Shown: positions 24,260-32,042 of the stretch, one piece after another | Position numbering within the stretch: position 1 is the first letter of the stretch | Layout of the letters: the number at the start of each line of letters is the position of its first letter | Origin: Blastocatellia bacterium | GTDB taxonomy: Bacteria; Acidobacteriota; Blastocatellia; UBA7656 | NCBI GenBank assembly: GCA_035249305.1 | Contig: DATFGQ010000103.1 | Coordinates: 6,542-70,541 of the forward strand | Length of the DNA: 64,000 nt | Reading direction: 5' to 3' | Notes under the pieces: generated by a model | The model's database searches: none | What the model was told of the DNA's origin: nothing | Seen by the model: the letters and a program-made list of their open reading frames with translations, nothing else | Program-made: the position numbers and the translations under genes

Positions 24260-24826
24260 TCAAGCGCCCTGGGCCATCACGCCGCCGGGCTTTGAAAACA
24301 CGCGCTCGATCATCGGCTCGAAGTAAGCCAGCGGCAGCGTGTCGTATTCCGGGTCGAATGAGGTCTGGTCCCACCCGTCCGTAAACACGCAAGCCAACTC
24401 GTACCACGGCTCGTTCTCGTACTGCCGGCGCGCTTCGGGGTCTTTGCCCATCAGCGCGTAGTAGTGGCGGCCTTGAAAATCCTGGTGAGTGCGAATGATC
24501 TCGTAGGTCTCGCGCGAGACGTAGGGCTTGAGTATCTCGGCCGCGATCGCCGGGTGGTTTTCGACCGAGATCACTTTGCCTATGTCGTGGCAGAGCGCGG
24601 CGACTATCATCTCTTCGCTCGCCCCGGCGCGCGCGGCCCGCGTGGCCGTCTGCAAGCCGTGCTGCAACTGATCGACGGCAAACCCGTCGACCTGCTCTTC
24701 GAGCCGCAAGAGCATCGATTTTATGATCGCCGGCATGCGGGACTGACGCTGGCCCACGGCCTGGCCTATCACCATCCAGTCTTCCACCCTTCCTTCGTCC
24801 ATTCTTGTAAAAGGCATTCTCAACAC
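24260..24826 (-). CDS. HD-domain protein (PhnZ/TmpB-like small HD family; hydrolase or di-iron oxygenase)
   Basis: Ligand contexts: QLQHGLQTA..., then 24 aa later ALCHDIGK, then ENHP and IRTHQ. The ~190-aa size and H...HD...H...H spacing resemble PhnZ-type HD proteins. The PhnZ assignment is tentative. Confidence 0.6.
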   Translation of the reverse strand: MLRMPFTRMDEGRVEDWMVIGQAVGQRQSRMPAIIKSMLLRLEEQVDGFAVDQLQHGLQTATRAARAGASEEMIVAALCHDIGKVISVENHPAIAAEILKPYVSRETYEIIRTHQDFQGRHYYALMGKDPEARRQYENEPWYELACVFTDGWDQTSFDPEYDTLPLAYFEPMIERVFSKPGGVMAQGA

Positions 24827-24882
24827 CTCACAATCCGATAATGTTTAGCCCATGCTAAAACAAACGCCGCATGCTTCTCAAC

Positions 24883-26157
24883 TCATCTGATGAAGCCAAG
24901 GTTTTCGTACCGCTCGCCGAGCACCTGTTCGGATTCGCCGCCCAACCACCCATCGATGATCGTGGCGTAGACCGAGCGGAAGTCGACGTTGAATTTCATG
25001 TTGCCCGCGTCGTCGAGCGCCGTGGCGTCGAGCGAAGGCTGCTGGCCGTAGAGCCCGCCCGCGACCGGGTTGCCTATGATGAACAGCGACGACGCCGTAC
25101 CGTGGTCCGTGCCGAGCGAGTTGTTCTGGTTAGGCCGGCGGCCGAACTCCGACCACTGCATTATCAAAACCTTGTCGGCAAGCTCGTGCTCGATCATGTC
25201 GTCATAAAACGCTTTGACGGCGTCGGAGAAAAAGCCCAGCAGCGTCGCATGCTGACCCGTCAGCTTGCTCGTGGGGCCGGCTATCTGGTTCGCGTGGTGA
25301 TCGAAAAAGCCGAACTGGACGTAAAGCAAGCTCGCCTCGGGTATCGCCGTGATTATCTGCGCGAGCATCTTCAGCCCCGAGGCCAGCGGGTTGTTCGCAG
25401 GGTAGACGACCGTAGAGCGGTAACTGGCAGGGGCCGCGCCTACGCGCCCAGCGCCCGTCACCGCGTCGAGCCCTATGTTCGACAACGCGCCGGCGAAACT
25501 GCCTTCGGGGAAGCCGCGGCTGTAAAGCGCGCTGAAGGCGTCGAGCTTCCGCGAGCGGTTGTTAGAGTATTTCTGGTCGGTTTGAAAACTATAAAGGTCG
25601 AAGCTGAAGATGTTCGGCACCACCACCTTGCTCGACGAGAATGTCTTAGGCGGCCGCGGGCCTATCGACACGGCGCTCAGCCCGGACTGCCCCTCAAGCG
25701 CCAGGTCGGCGTAGCGGCCCAGCCAGCCGTCGCCCTTGCCGGTCGCGCTGGTCGTGTGCCAGATGTCGGCCGACATGAAGTGCGACAGGCTCGGCTCCGG
25801 GTAGCCCACGCCCTGCACTATCGCGACGCGCCCCGCGTCGTAAAGCTCTTTCATACGCCCCATCGAAGGGTGCAGGCCGAAGCGGTCGGAGATGATCGTA
25901 GACTTGCCTTGCGCGTCTTTAAGCTCCGTCTCCTTGATGCCGAGCGTGGGCCGGAAGCTGTAGTAGCGCGAATCGGTGTAGGGGATGACGGTGTTCAGAC
26001 CATCATTGCCGCCAAGCATTTCGAGCACGATTAAGATTCGCCGGTCGCGCTCGCCCACTTGCGCGCGCGCGCCCGCGAGCCACACGTGCGGCAGCGCCAC
26101 GCTGACGGTCACCATCCCCAGCCCGCGCTTTATAAACTGTCTCCTGGTCGTAGCCAT
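24883..26157 (-). CDS. DUF1501 domain protein (sulfatase/alkaline-phosphatase-like fold) with Tat signal
   Basis: Twin-arginine motif TTRRQFIKRG. Also contains ILIVLEMLGGNDGLN and a C-terminal ...GTDHG... motif typical of DUF1501. Confidence 0.85.
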   Translation of the reverse strand: MATTRRQFIKRGLGMVTVSVALPHVWLAGARAQVGERDRRILIVLEMLGGNDGLNTVIPYTDSRYYSFRPTLGIKETELKDAQGKSTIISDRFGLHPSMGRMKELYDAGRVAIVQGVGYPEPSLSHFMSADIWHTTSATGKGDGWLGRYADLALEGQSGLSAVSIGPRPPKTFSSSKVVVPNIFSFDLYSFQTDQKYSNNRSRKLDAFSALYSRGFPEGSFAGALSNIGLDAVTGAGRVGAAPASYRSTVVYPANNPLASGLKMLAQIITAIPEASLLYVQFGFFDHHANQIAGPTSKLTGQHATLLGFFSDAVKAFYDDMIEHELADKVLIMQWSEFGRRPNQNNSLGTDHGTASSLFIIGNPVAGGLYGQQPSLDATALDDAGNMKFNVDFRSVYATIIDGWLGGESEQVLGERYENLGFIR

Positions 26158-26175
26158 AATCTTCGCGCCTCGCTT

Positions 26176-27591
26176 CTAATTCAGATGAAACTCTTGCAGG
26201 CATAGCATCAGGTGGATCAGCCCGCGCACAGATTTGTCGAGCGTGGCGTCGTCGACCTTGAAGCTCACGCGGTTGCCCTGGTCGTCCGTCTCAAGATAGC
26301 TCGTCAGGGCCGCGATCGTATCCTCGCGCGCCTCTATCGGCCCGAGGACCGTCAACAGCTTTCTGACGGTCGCTTCGGCCGTAGGCTCCGTCAGCCGCCT
26401 GATCTGGTCGTTGGTCAACCATACGCCCGCCGCGTCGGAGTTCGTCTCGCGGTTGGTCGCGAAATAGTTGGCGAAGTTGTACCGCTCAAGCATGTTCGAC
26501 GTGTTGAGCCACCCGAGGTTGAGGTCCCATCCGTTCACGTCGGCTGGGTTGAGGATCTCAAGCCCCATCTGGCGCGCGCGCGTGATGAGCGTGAAGTCGG
26601 GGCGCGCGTCGTTGCCGACGTTGTAAGTCGCGCCCAGGCAGCGTATCGCGCTGACGATGTACTCAAGCGGGTTTTTGATCAGCGCGAACCGCGCACGCGC
26701 GCCGAAGAACTCGTCCGAGACGAAGATCGCCCGCACGAGCGCGCGGATCGAATGGTTGCTCGTCATATAAACGTCGGCGAACTTCTCTATCGTGGCCGTG
26801 TCTGCGGCGCTCTGTGTGAGCGGGTAGACGAAGAACTCGAAGAGCTTCTTGACCAGAAAGCGCGGGGTCGCGCGGCGAACCGCGATCAGCGCGATGATGT
26901 CATCACCCGTGAAGTTCGCCGTCTGGCCGTAGACCTCTTTCGCCGCGCTGTCGTGCTGCGCGGGCTCGAAGCGGAACTTCGATTTGTAGATCTTTTTCCG
27001 CTTCACCTTGATCGTGTAGCCCGTGAAGCAGCGCGCGATCTCTTTGACATCTTTCTCGGTGTAGTTCGCCTCGCCCGTCACAACGTCGGTGATGCCCATC
27101 GTGAAGAGCTCTTGCAGCTCGCGCGCGAAGTTCTCGTTAGGGCTCACCCGCAAGTTCAGCACGCCGTCGAGCCAGATCAACATCGCCGGGTCTTCGGCCA
27201 CCTTCACCAGCAGCGTGTCGAAGCGGTCGAGCGCGTAGCGGCGAAGCGTCTTGTTCTGGATGGCCATGTACGGGTAGAAGACTTTGAAGTAAGACGTGGC
27301 GAAGCGGTTATGCCAGAAGAGCGTCATCTTCTCTTCGAACGGGCGGCGCGTGTTGATCATGCGTGTGATCCACCACCGCTGGATGTCGCTCGGCAGACGG
27401 AACTGCTCGTTGCCGAATGACCTTTCGAGCAAGCGGTCAAGCGCCGTGTTGTCTACCGCTTCGTAGTTGACGAGAAAATCGACCGCGCCCTCGCGCCCGC
27501 GCCCGACAAGGGCGTTGATATCTTCGGGGCTGCCGCCAAAGCCCGCCCGCCTGAGCAAATGGGCGGCTTCCGCATAACTGATGCTTGCCAT
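26176..27591 (-). CDS. DUF1800 domain protein
   Basis: Contains the hallmark MTLFWHNRFATS and has the typical ~470-aa size. It sits immediately upstream of DUF1501, which is the canonical pairing. Confidence 0.85.
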   Translation of the reverse strand: MASISYAEAAHLLRRAGFGGSPEDINALVGRGREGAVDFLVNYEAVDNTALDRLLERSFGNEQFRLPSDIQRWWITRMINTRRPFEEKMTLFWHNRFATSYFKVFYPYMAIQNKTLRRYALDRFDTLLVKVAEDPAMLIWLDGVLNLRVSPNENFARELQELFTMGITDVVTGEANYTEKDVKEIARCFTGYTIKVKRKKIYKSKFRFEPAQHDSAAKEVYGQTANFTGDDIIALIAVRRATPRFLVKKLFEFFVYPLTQSAADTATIEKFADVYMTSNHSIRALVRAIFVSDEFFGARARFALIKNPLEYIVSAIRCLGATYNVGNDARPDFTLITRARQMGLEILNPADVNGWDLNLGWLNTSNMLERYNFANYFATNRETNSDAAGVWLTNDQIRRLTEPTAEATVRKLLTVLGPIEAREDTIAALTSYLETDDQGNRVSFKVDDATLDKSVRGLIHLMLCLQEFHLN

Positions 27592-27608
27592 TGACGGTTC
27601 ACCTCCTG

Positions 27609-27662
27609 GGGCTGCGACGGCTTATTTCGGAGTGCGGTGACAAGTCGCAGCACTCCGAAGGA
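27609..27662. repeat. REP-like element; contains a 24-nt exact copy of 2213..2236
   Basis: GACAAGTCGCAGCACTCCGAAGGA occurs at 27639-27662 and at 2213-2236. A local stem TTCGGAGTGC (27626-35) / GCACTCCGAA (27650-59) is present. Confidence 0.8.
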
Positions 27663-27690
27663 ACGCTCACATCCGATCCTGCATACCGCC

Positions 27691-29379
27691 CTAAATCTCT
27701 ATGCCGCCGATGCGGCCGCCCGATTTAGGCTGCGGCTTGGCGAGCACCGACGATTGCTCCTGGCGGCGCGCGCGGCTGCGGCCGGTGTGCCATTCGGCCC
27801 AGGCCGCGGGCGCGTCTATCGTCTCGCCGCCGTGGCGCGTAAGGCGTCTGCGGACCTGGCACATCACGGGCGTATTGACCGCGACTCCAGAGACTATCAA
27901 CTGACCCTTCGTGAGCGCGGGCAGCTCGTCTAACATCCTGCGCCCCGCGCCCTCCACGGTCTTTGCGATCGTGTCCTGATCGATCGGGTTGACTATGCGC
28001 ATGATGAACTGCGTCATGCACTGAGACAAAACGTCCGAGTCGAGCTTGCCCGGCCGCTGAGTTATCAGCCCTATGCCCACGCCGAACTTCCGCCCTTCAG
28101 ACAGGATCTGCTTCAACACGTTAGTCGAGACTACCGACTGGCCCGCGGGCGCGAAGCGGTGCGACTCCTCAAGCAGCGCGAATATCGGGTAAGGCAGAAA
28201 CCGCTCGCTCGTCGGGTCCGTCACTTCGTTCTTGTGCGTGGCCATGCGCGCCAGTATCGCGCGGCGCAGCAGCGTCGCCACGATCACCTGTTGTTCGTTC
28301 TCGGCGATGTCGACTAGCTGAAGCACCGTGCACTGGCCGGGCATGAAGAGATCAGTCAGCAGGTTGTGCTCGCTGTCGGAAAAGATCTGGTTCTGCGAAT
28401 GCGCGCGGAAACGATTCTCAAGCCTCCATTCGAGCGCGTCTATAGTCGAGGCGTTGCCCGCGCGATCACCCTCCTGGTCGCCGTAGCGCTGCTCGGCCAC
28501 GGCGTCCATCAAGTCCTGAAACCCGTAGTGGCCTCGCGCGCCGAAACGGTTCCTCACCGTGCGGTAGGCCGTGCCGAGAAAATGTCTCATCTTCTCCGAC
28601 AGGTCCTGGAGCAAGTAGCAGATGTCGGCGAACTCTAAAGAATCGAACCGCACCTTCACCTTCTCCGGCCTGAGAATCCTGACCTCCGGCTCGTAGCCGT
28701 CGGAACAGAATTGATTCTTGAACTCCGCCTGCTTGATCTCCTGTATCGTGTCGTACTCGCCGTGAGGGTCTACGACGAGGACCGCCGAGCGGTTTTCCGG
28801 CCTCATCAACTCTTCGACCAGCACAGACGCGGTGTAGCTTTTGCCCGCGCCCGTCGAGGCGAGGATCGCCAGGTGAGTCGACACCACGTCTTTGACCGAC
28901 AGCACCACGGGCACGTCGCCCGACTCGCGCGTGAGCAGGCTGCCGACGTGCGCCGCCCCGCGCTCGCCCTTCTTCTTAGGCGAGAGAACGCGCGCCAGCA
29001 TCTCCGACGGCGCGAGGTAGACCGCCTGCCCAGGCATGGGAGGTATGCGCGGGTTGACGAAATCCTTCAGCGCGTCGTCGAAAAAACCTATCGTCGAAAC
29101 CGTTATCTCAAAAAGCTCCGCGCCAGCGGGTTCAAGCCCTATCATCTGGGCGACCATGGCGGGCGGCGTCGCGGGGTCCGCGAGGAAGCTGTCGGGCAGC
29201 GAGCGGACTAATCGGCGCTCGGTGATGTTGCCGACGATCTTGCGCTCGCGACTGTCAGTCGGGGCGTCATAATAGATGAACTCGCCGACGCGCGCGTGGC
29301 TGTTGTCGGTCGTGACAAAGAGGTATTCGCCGGGCTTTTCGCCTGGCCCCTTGACTGTTCCTACCAGTGTGTCAGACAT
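27691..29379 (-). CDS. HerA-like (DUF87) P-loop ATPase
   Basis: N-terminal barrel-like region (VGTVKGPGEKPGEYLFVTTDNSHARVGEFIYYD), Walker A LASTGAGKSYTASV and Walker-B-like FALLEESHRF. I place the start at the ATG at 29379, because the listed extension to 29619 crosses the heptamer hairpin. Confidence 0.8.
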   Translation of the reverse strand: MSDTLVGTVKGPGEKPGEYLFVTTDNSHARVGEFIYYDAPTDSRERKIVGNITERRLVRSLPDSFLADPATPPAMVAQMIGLEPAGAELFEITVSTIGFFDDALKDFVNPRIPPMPGQAVYLAPSEMLARVLSPKKKGERGAAHVGSLLTRESGDVPVVLSVKDVVSTHLAILASTGAGKSYTASVLVEELMRPENRSAVLVVDPHGEYDTIQEIKQAEFKNQFCSDGYEPEVRILRPEKVKVRFDSLEFADICYLLQDLSEKMRHFLGTAYRTVRNRFGARGHYGFQDLMDAVAEQRYGDQEGDRAGNASTIDALEWRLENRFRAHSQNQIFSDSEHNLLTDLFMPGQCTVLQLVDIAENEQQVIVATLLRRAILARMATHKNEVTDPTSERFLPYPIFALLEESHRFAPAGQSVVSTNVLKQILSEGRKFGVGIGLITQRPGKLDSDVLSQCMTQFIMRIVNPIDQDTIAKTVEGAGRRMLDELPALTKGQLIVSGVAVNTPVMCQVRRRLTRHGGETIDAPAAWAEWHTGRSRARRQEQSSVLAKPQPKSGGRIGGIEI

Positions 29380-29470
29380 TAGCTTTGCCTTCGGATTCGG
29401 GGTACGGCGCACAATATAACACAATGTCGTTTTTGATTGTAGAGTAGTCAAAAGGTAAGGATTAAGACAT

Positions 29471-29538
29471 GCCACAGAGGCACAGAGGCACAGAGTAATT
29501 CTATTATTCTTATCTCCGCGTCTCCGTGTCTCCGTGGC
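29471..29538. repeat. heptamer-built hairpin (CACAGAG-type), imperfect 25-nt arms
   Basis: GCCACAGAGGCACAGAGGCACAGAG (29471-95) pairs with CTCCGCGTCTCCGTGTCTCCGTGGC (29514-38). By hand I count 19 Watson-Crick pairs, and the six non-pairs are all transition-type (A.C or G.T). Confidence 0.8.
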
Positions 29539-29548
29539 AAGATTACTT

Positions 29549-30838
29549 ATGATTGATGAACTGCTGATAACCAACGCGAGCCAGCTCGTAACTCTCGCCG
29601 GACCCGCGCGGGCGCGCACGGGCGTTGAGATGCGCGAGCTTCAGATCGTAGAAGACGGCGCGGTCCTCGTTCGCGGCGGACGGATTGCGGCCGTGGGAAG
29701 ATCAGAAGATGTCGAGCGCGAAGCGAGCAATGAAGCGCGCCGCATCGACGCGACCGGGCGCGTGGTAATGCCGGGCTTCGTCGACGCGCACACTCATCCA
29801 GTCTTCGCCGGCACGCGCGCCGACGAGTACGAGATGCGAGCCGAAGGGCTCACCTACCAGCAGATCGCCGCGGCGGGCGGCGGGATAAGATCGTCTGTGC
29901 GAAAGACGCGCGAGGCAAGCGAAGACGAGCTCTACGAGATGGCGCTGCCGCGCGTCCGTCGGTTCTTAGAGCACGGCACCACGACGATAGAGGCGAAGAG
30001 CGGATACGGGCTCACTGTCGAAGACGAGCTGAAGATCCTTCGAGTGATCCGAAGGCTCGGGCGCGAGACCCCGCTTGAGATGGTCCCGACTTTCCTGGGC
30101 GCGCACGAAATACCCGACGAGTACCGAAGCGCGGACGACCCTCAGGCGGCGCGCGAAAGATACATACGCCTGGTCGTAGACGAGATGCTCCCGCGCGTGG
30201 CGGCCGAGGGACTGGCCGAATACTCTGACATCTTTTGCGAATCGCATGTCTTCACCGTCGAAGAGTCGCGCCGCGTCCTTCAGCGGGCGCGCGAGTTGGG
30301 CCTGGGCGTCCGCTTTCACGCCGACCAGCTTTCGCTCGGCGGGGGCGGGCGATTGGCCGCCGAGCTCAATGCCGCGAGCGCGGATCACCTTGAGTGGATA
30401 GACGACGAAGGCATAGAGCTGCTCCGCGCCGCAAACGTCTCGGCGGTCCTGCTGCCGGGGGCGGTGTTCAACCTTGGGCTCACGCGCTACGCCCCGGCGC
30501 GGCGCTTGATCGAGGAAGGCGTCGCCGTGGTGCTTGCGACAGACTTCAACCCCGGCAGCTCGCCCACGCCTTCGATGCAGATGATACTGTCGATAGCCTG
30601 CACTCAGATGCGAATGACGCCCGCCGAAGCCATCACCGCGGCGACCGTCAACGCCGCTTACAGCCTCGACCGCGGCGAACGCCTTGGGTCGCTTGAGACG
30701 GGCAAGCAGGCCGACCTTGTTATTTTCGACTGCCCCGATTATCGACAGATCCCATATTTTTTCGGCGTCAACCACGCGGCGACCGTCATCAAACGAGGGC
30801 GCGTCGTCGTAGAGAATCAGCAGTGTCGGAGAGATTAA
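29549..30838 (+). CDS. hutI: imidazolonepropionase
   Basis: Motifs PGFVDAHTHPVFAG, GTTTIEAKSGYGL, HADQL and DFNPGSSP. The ATG at 29549 is preferred over the GTG at 29534 because the latter lies inside the hairpin arm. Confidence 0.9.
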   Translation: MIDELLITNASQLVTLAGPARARTGVEMRELQIVEDGAVLVRGGRIAAVGRSEDVEREASNEARRIDATGRVVMPGFVDAHTHPVFAGTRADEYEMRAEGLTYQQIAAAGGGIRSSVRKTREASEDELYEMALPRVRRFLEHGTTTIEAKSGYGLTVEDELKILRVIRRLGRETPLEMVPTFLGAHEIPDEYRSADDPQAARERYIRLVVDEMLPRVAAEGLAEYSDIFCESHVFTVEESRRVLQRARELGLGVRFHADQLSLGGGGRLAAELNAASADHLEWIDDEGIELLRAANVSAVLLPGAVFNLGLTRYAPARRLIEEGVAVVLATDFNPGSSPTPSMQMILSIACTQMRMTPAEAITAATVNAAYSLDRGERLGSLETGKQADLVIFDCPDYRQIPYFFGVNHAATVIKRGRVVVENQQCRRD

Positions 30839-30840
30839 TC

Positions 30841-31821
30841 ATGACTCATAAAATTCTTCGCGCGTGTAAAGTCGTGTTCGTATCGATACTCTTATTCATG
30901 ATTTGCGATGGCCTTTCCGAAGCGGCGAGTCAATCACGGATGCGAATCACGACCGGTTCGGGCGTCCGCGTGCGCACAGGCCCGCAAGTCGCGGCCGAAG
31001 AGGTGACGCGGCTGCCGATCGGGTCGGTCGTCGAAGAGCTGGAAGGCTTTCCACATACAGAGAAGATCGCGGGCGTCGAAGACCGATGGTATCGAGTGGC
31101 GCTTCCGGATGGGAAACAGGGCTGGCTCTTCGGCGGTTTCACTACGGTCTTCGATCCGGCGAAGGCCGCGGAGAATTATCTACAGATCGCGAACAACCGG
31201 CTTAAGGTAGAGCAGCCGACCTTCAACGACGCCGTCGACCTTGTGAATTTTCTCACGCGCGTAATACCGCCGTTGACCAGCACGGAGGCCGCGGCCAACC
31301 TTGAGCTTGCGCGGCTGCTTGCGATCTCGAAGGCCGCCTCGGCGATCCCCATCGAAAAGCAGGAGGAGCCTCTTTACCAGACGTGGATAAAAGCGCAGGG
31401 CGATCAGATCGTCTACAGCGAGCCCGCCGCGCAATGGTTCGTCGACTCGGACCTGTTCTGGAAGCTCCAGCAAAAATACAAGGCGCTTCCGGTAGCCGAC
31501 AAAATTGCATGGGAGGCGGCCAACAACTCGCTGCCCGGCGAGTGCGAAGGTTTTCTGGATTGCGACCTGTATGCTTACATACGGACGCTGGGCAGGTATT
31601 TGGACCTCTACCCGCGCGGCGCTCATGCGGAAGAGGCGCTCAAGAATCTGGGCGAGTTCTTATCCGAGGTCATAAAGAGCAACGGAACTTATTCGGTAGG
31701 CGAAAAGGCGGACCTGACCAAGGCGCTGGCAGAGCTTCGCGCGACGGTCGGGAAGAGTTCGAGCGCGAAGAAGGCGGCCGTGCTCAAGCAGCTAGATCAA
31801 GTCGGCAGCCAGTATCGTTAA
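30841..31821 (+). CDS. secreted SH3b-domain protein
   Basis: ATG lies 2 nt after the hutI stop. Signal peptide KVVFVSILLFMICDGLSEA and an SH3_3-like stretch RITTGSGVRVRTGPQ...DRWYRVALPDGKQGWLFGGF. Confidence 0.7.
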   Translation: MTHKILRACKVVFVSILLFMICDGLSEAASQSRMRITTGSGVRVRTGPQVAAEEVTRLPIGSVVEELEGFPHTEKIAGVEDRWYRVALPDGKQGWLFGGFTTVFDPAKAAENYLQIANNRLKVEQPTFNDAVDLVNFLTRVIPPLTSTEAAANLELARLLAISKAASAIPIEKQEEPLYQTWIKAQGDQIVYSEPAAQWFVDSDLFWKLQQKYKALPVADKIAWEAANNSLPGECEGFLDCDLYAYIRTLGRYLDLYPRGAHAEEALKNLGEFLSEVIKSNGTYSVGEKADLTKALAELRATVGKSSSAKKAAVLKQLDQVGSQYR

Positions 31822-31889
31822 TAGCTTGCGAAACAATAATCCCGCTTCGAAGGCCCGGCGAATAGCAGTCCCGTGTCGTTAGAAAAAAG

Positions 31890-31917
31890 TTGCGTAGAGA
31901 CTTCCCGATGATATAAT
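31890..31917 (+). promoter_or_regulatory. sigma70-type promoter candidate (TTGCGT - 16 nt - TGaTATAAT)
   Basis: -35 TTGCGT at 31890-95. A perfect -10 TATAAT at 31912-17 is preceded by TG at 31909-10 (extended -10). It lies ~125 nt upstream of the ATG at 32043. Confidence 0.5.
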
Positions 31918-32042
31918 GCCGCCCGCTGCGGCAACCACGTTCAACCCTCTCGCCACAGCCGATCCATTCAACCGTCAATTTAAAGAAGCCGTTTTCCCGA
32001 ATACTTTTTACGACGCTTGAGCAACCCCAAAGGAGAATAATC

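Noticed and set aside
24019-24326. Small ORFs 24019..24210(-) and 24135..24326(+), and similarly 47046..47228(-), 4089..4295(-) and 3944..4198(-).
   Set aside because: They lie entirely within REP-like hairpin clusters, and their peptides are simply translated palindromes.
24871-27420. Long plus-strand ORFs 24871..26034 (387 aa) and 26212..27420 (402 aa), opposite the DUF1501 and DUF1800 genes.
   Set aside because: Their products are extremely Arg/Val/Ala-rich with no motifs. They mirror the extent of well-supported genes on the other strand, which is the classic shadow-ORF pattern of high-GC DNA. For the same reason I rejected 17198..18505(-), 37491..38282(-), 39078..39878(-), 40501..41838(+), 43218..44648(+), 44971..45960(+), 51594..52748(+), 54650..55363(-), 21368..22141(+), 29966..30775(-) and 3295..4077(+).
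29380-29619. 5' extensions of listed ORFs: HerA-like to 29619, amidase to 4176, GT2 to 44795, sigma to 21245, M28 to 42723, delta-60 genes to 13666/15417, and others.
   Set aside because: The extensions run through intergenic hairpins or into the neighbouring gene and encode low-complexity sequence. Internal ATG codons give proper N-termini (signal peptides or conserved starts) and mostly have an RBS.
27591-29619. A HerA-NurA pair or a known HerA-containing defence system.
   Set aside because: No nuclease, SIR2 or DUF4297-like ORF flanks the ATPase. The 100-nt and 170-nt flanking spacers hold only hairpin repeats.
29549-30838. A histidine-utilisation (hut) operon.
   Set aside because: Only hutI is present. 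No hutH, hutU, hutG/F or hutC was recognised nearby, so no pathway-level claim is made.
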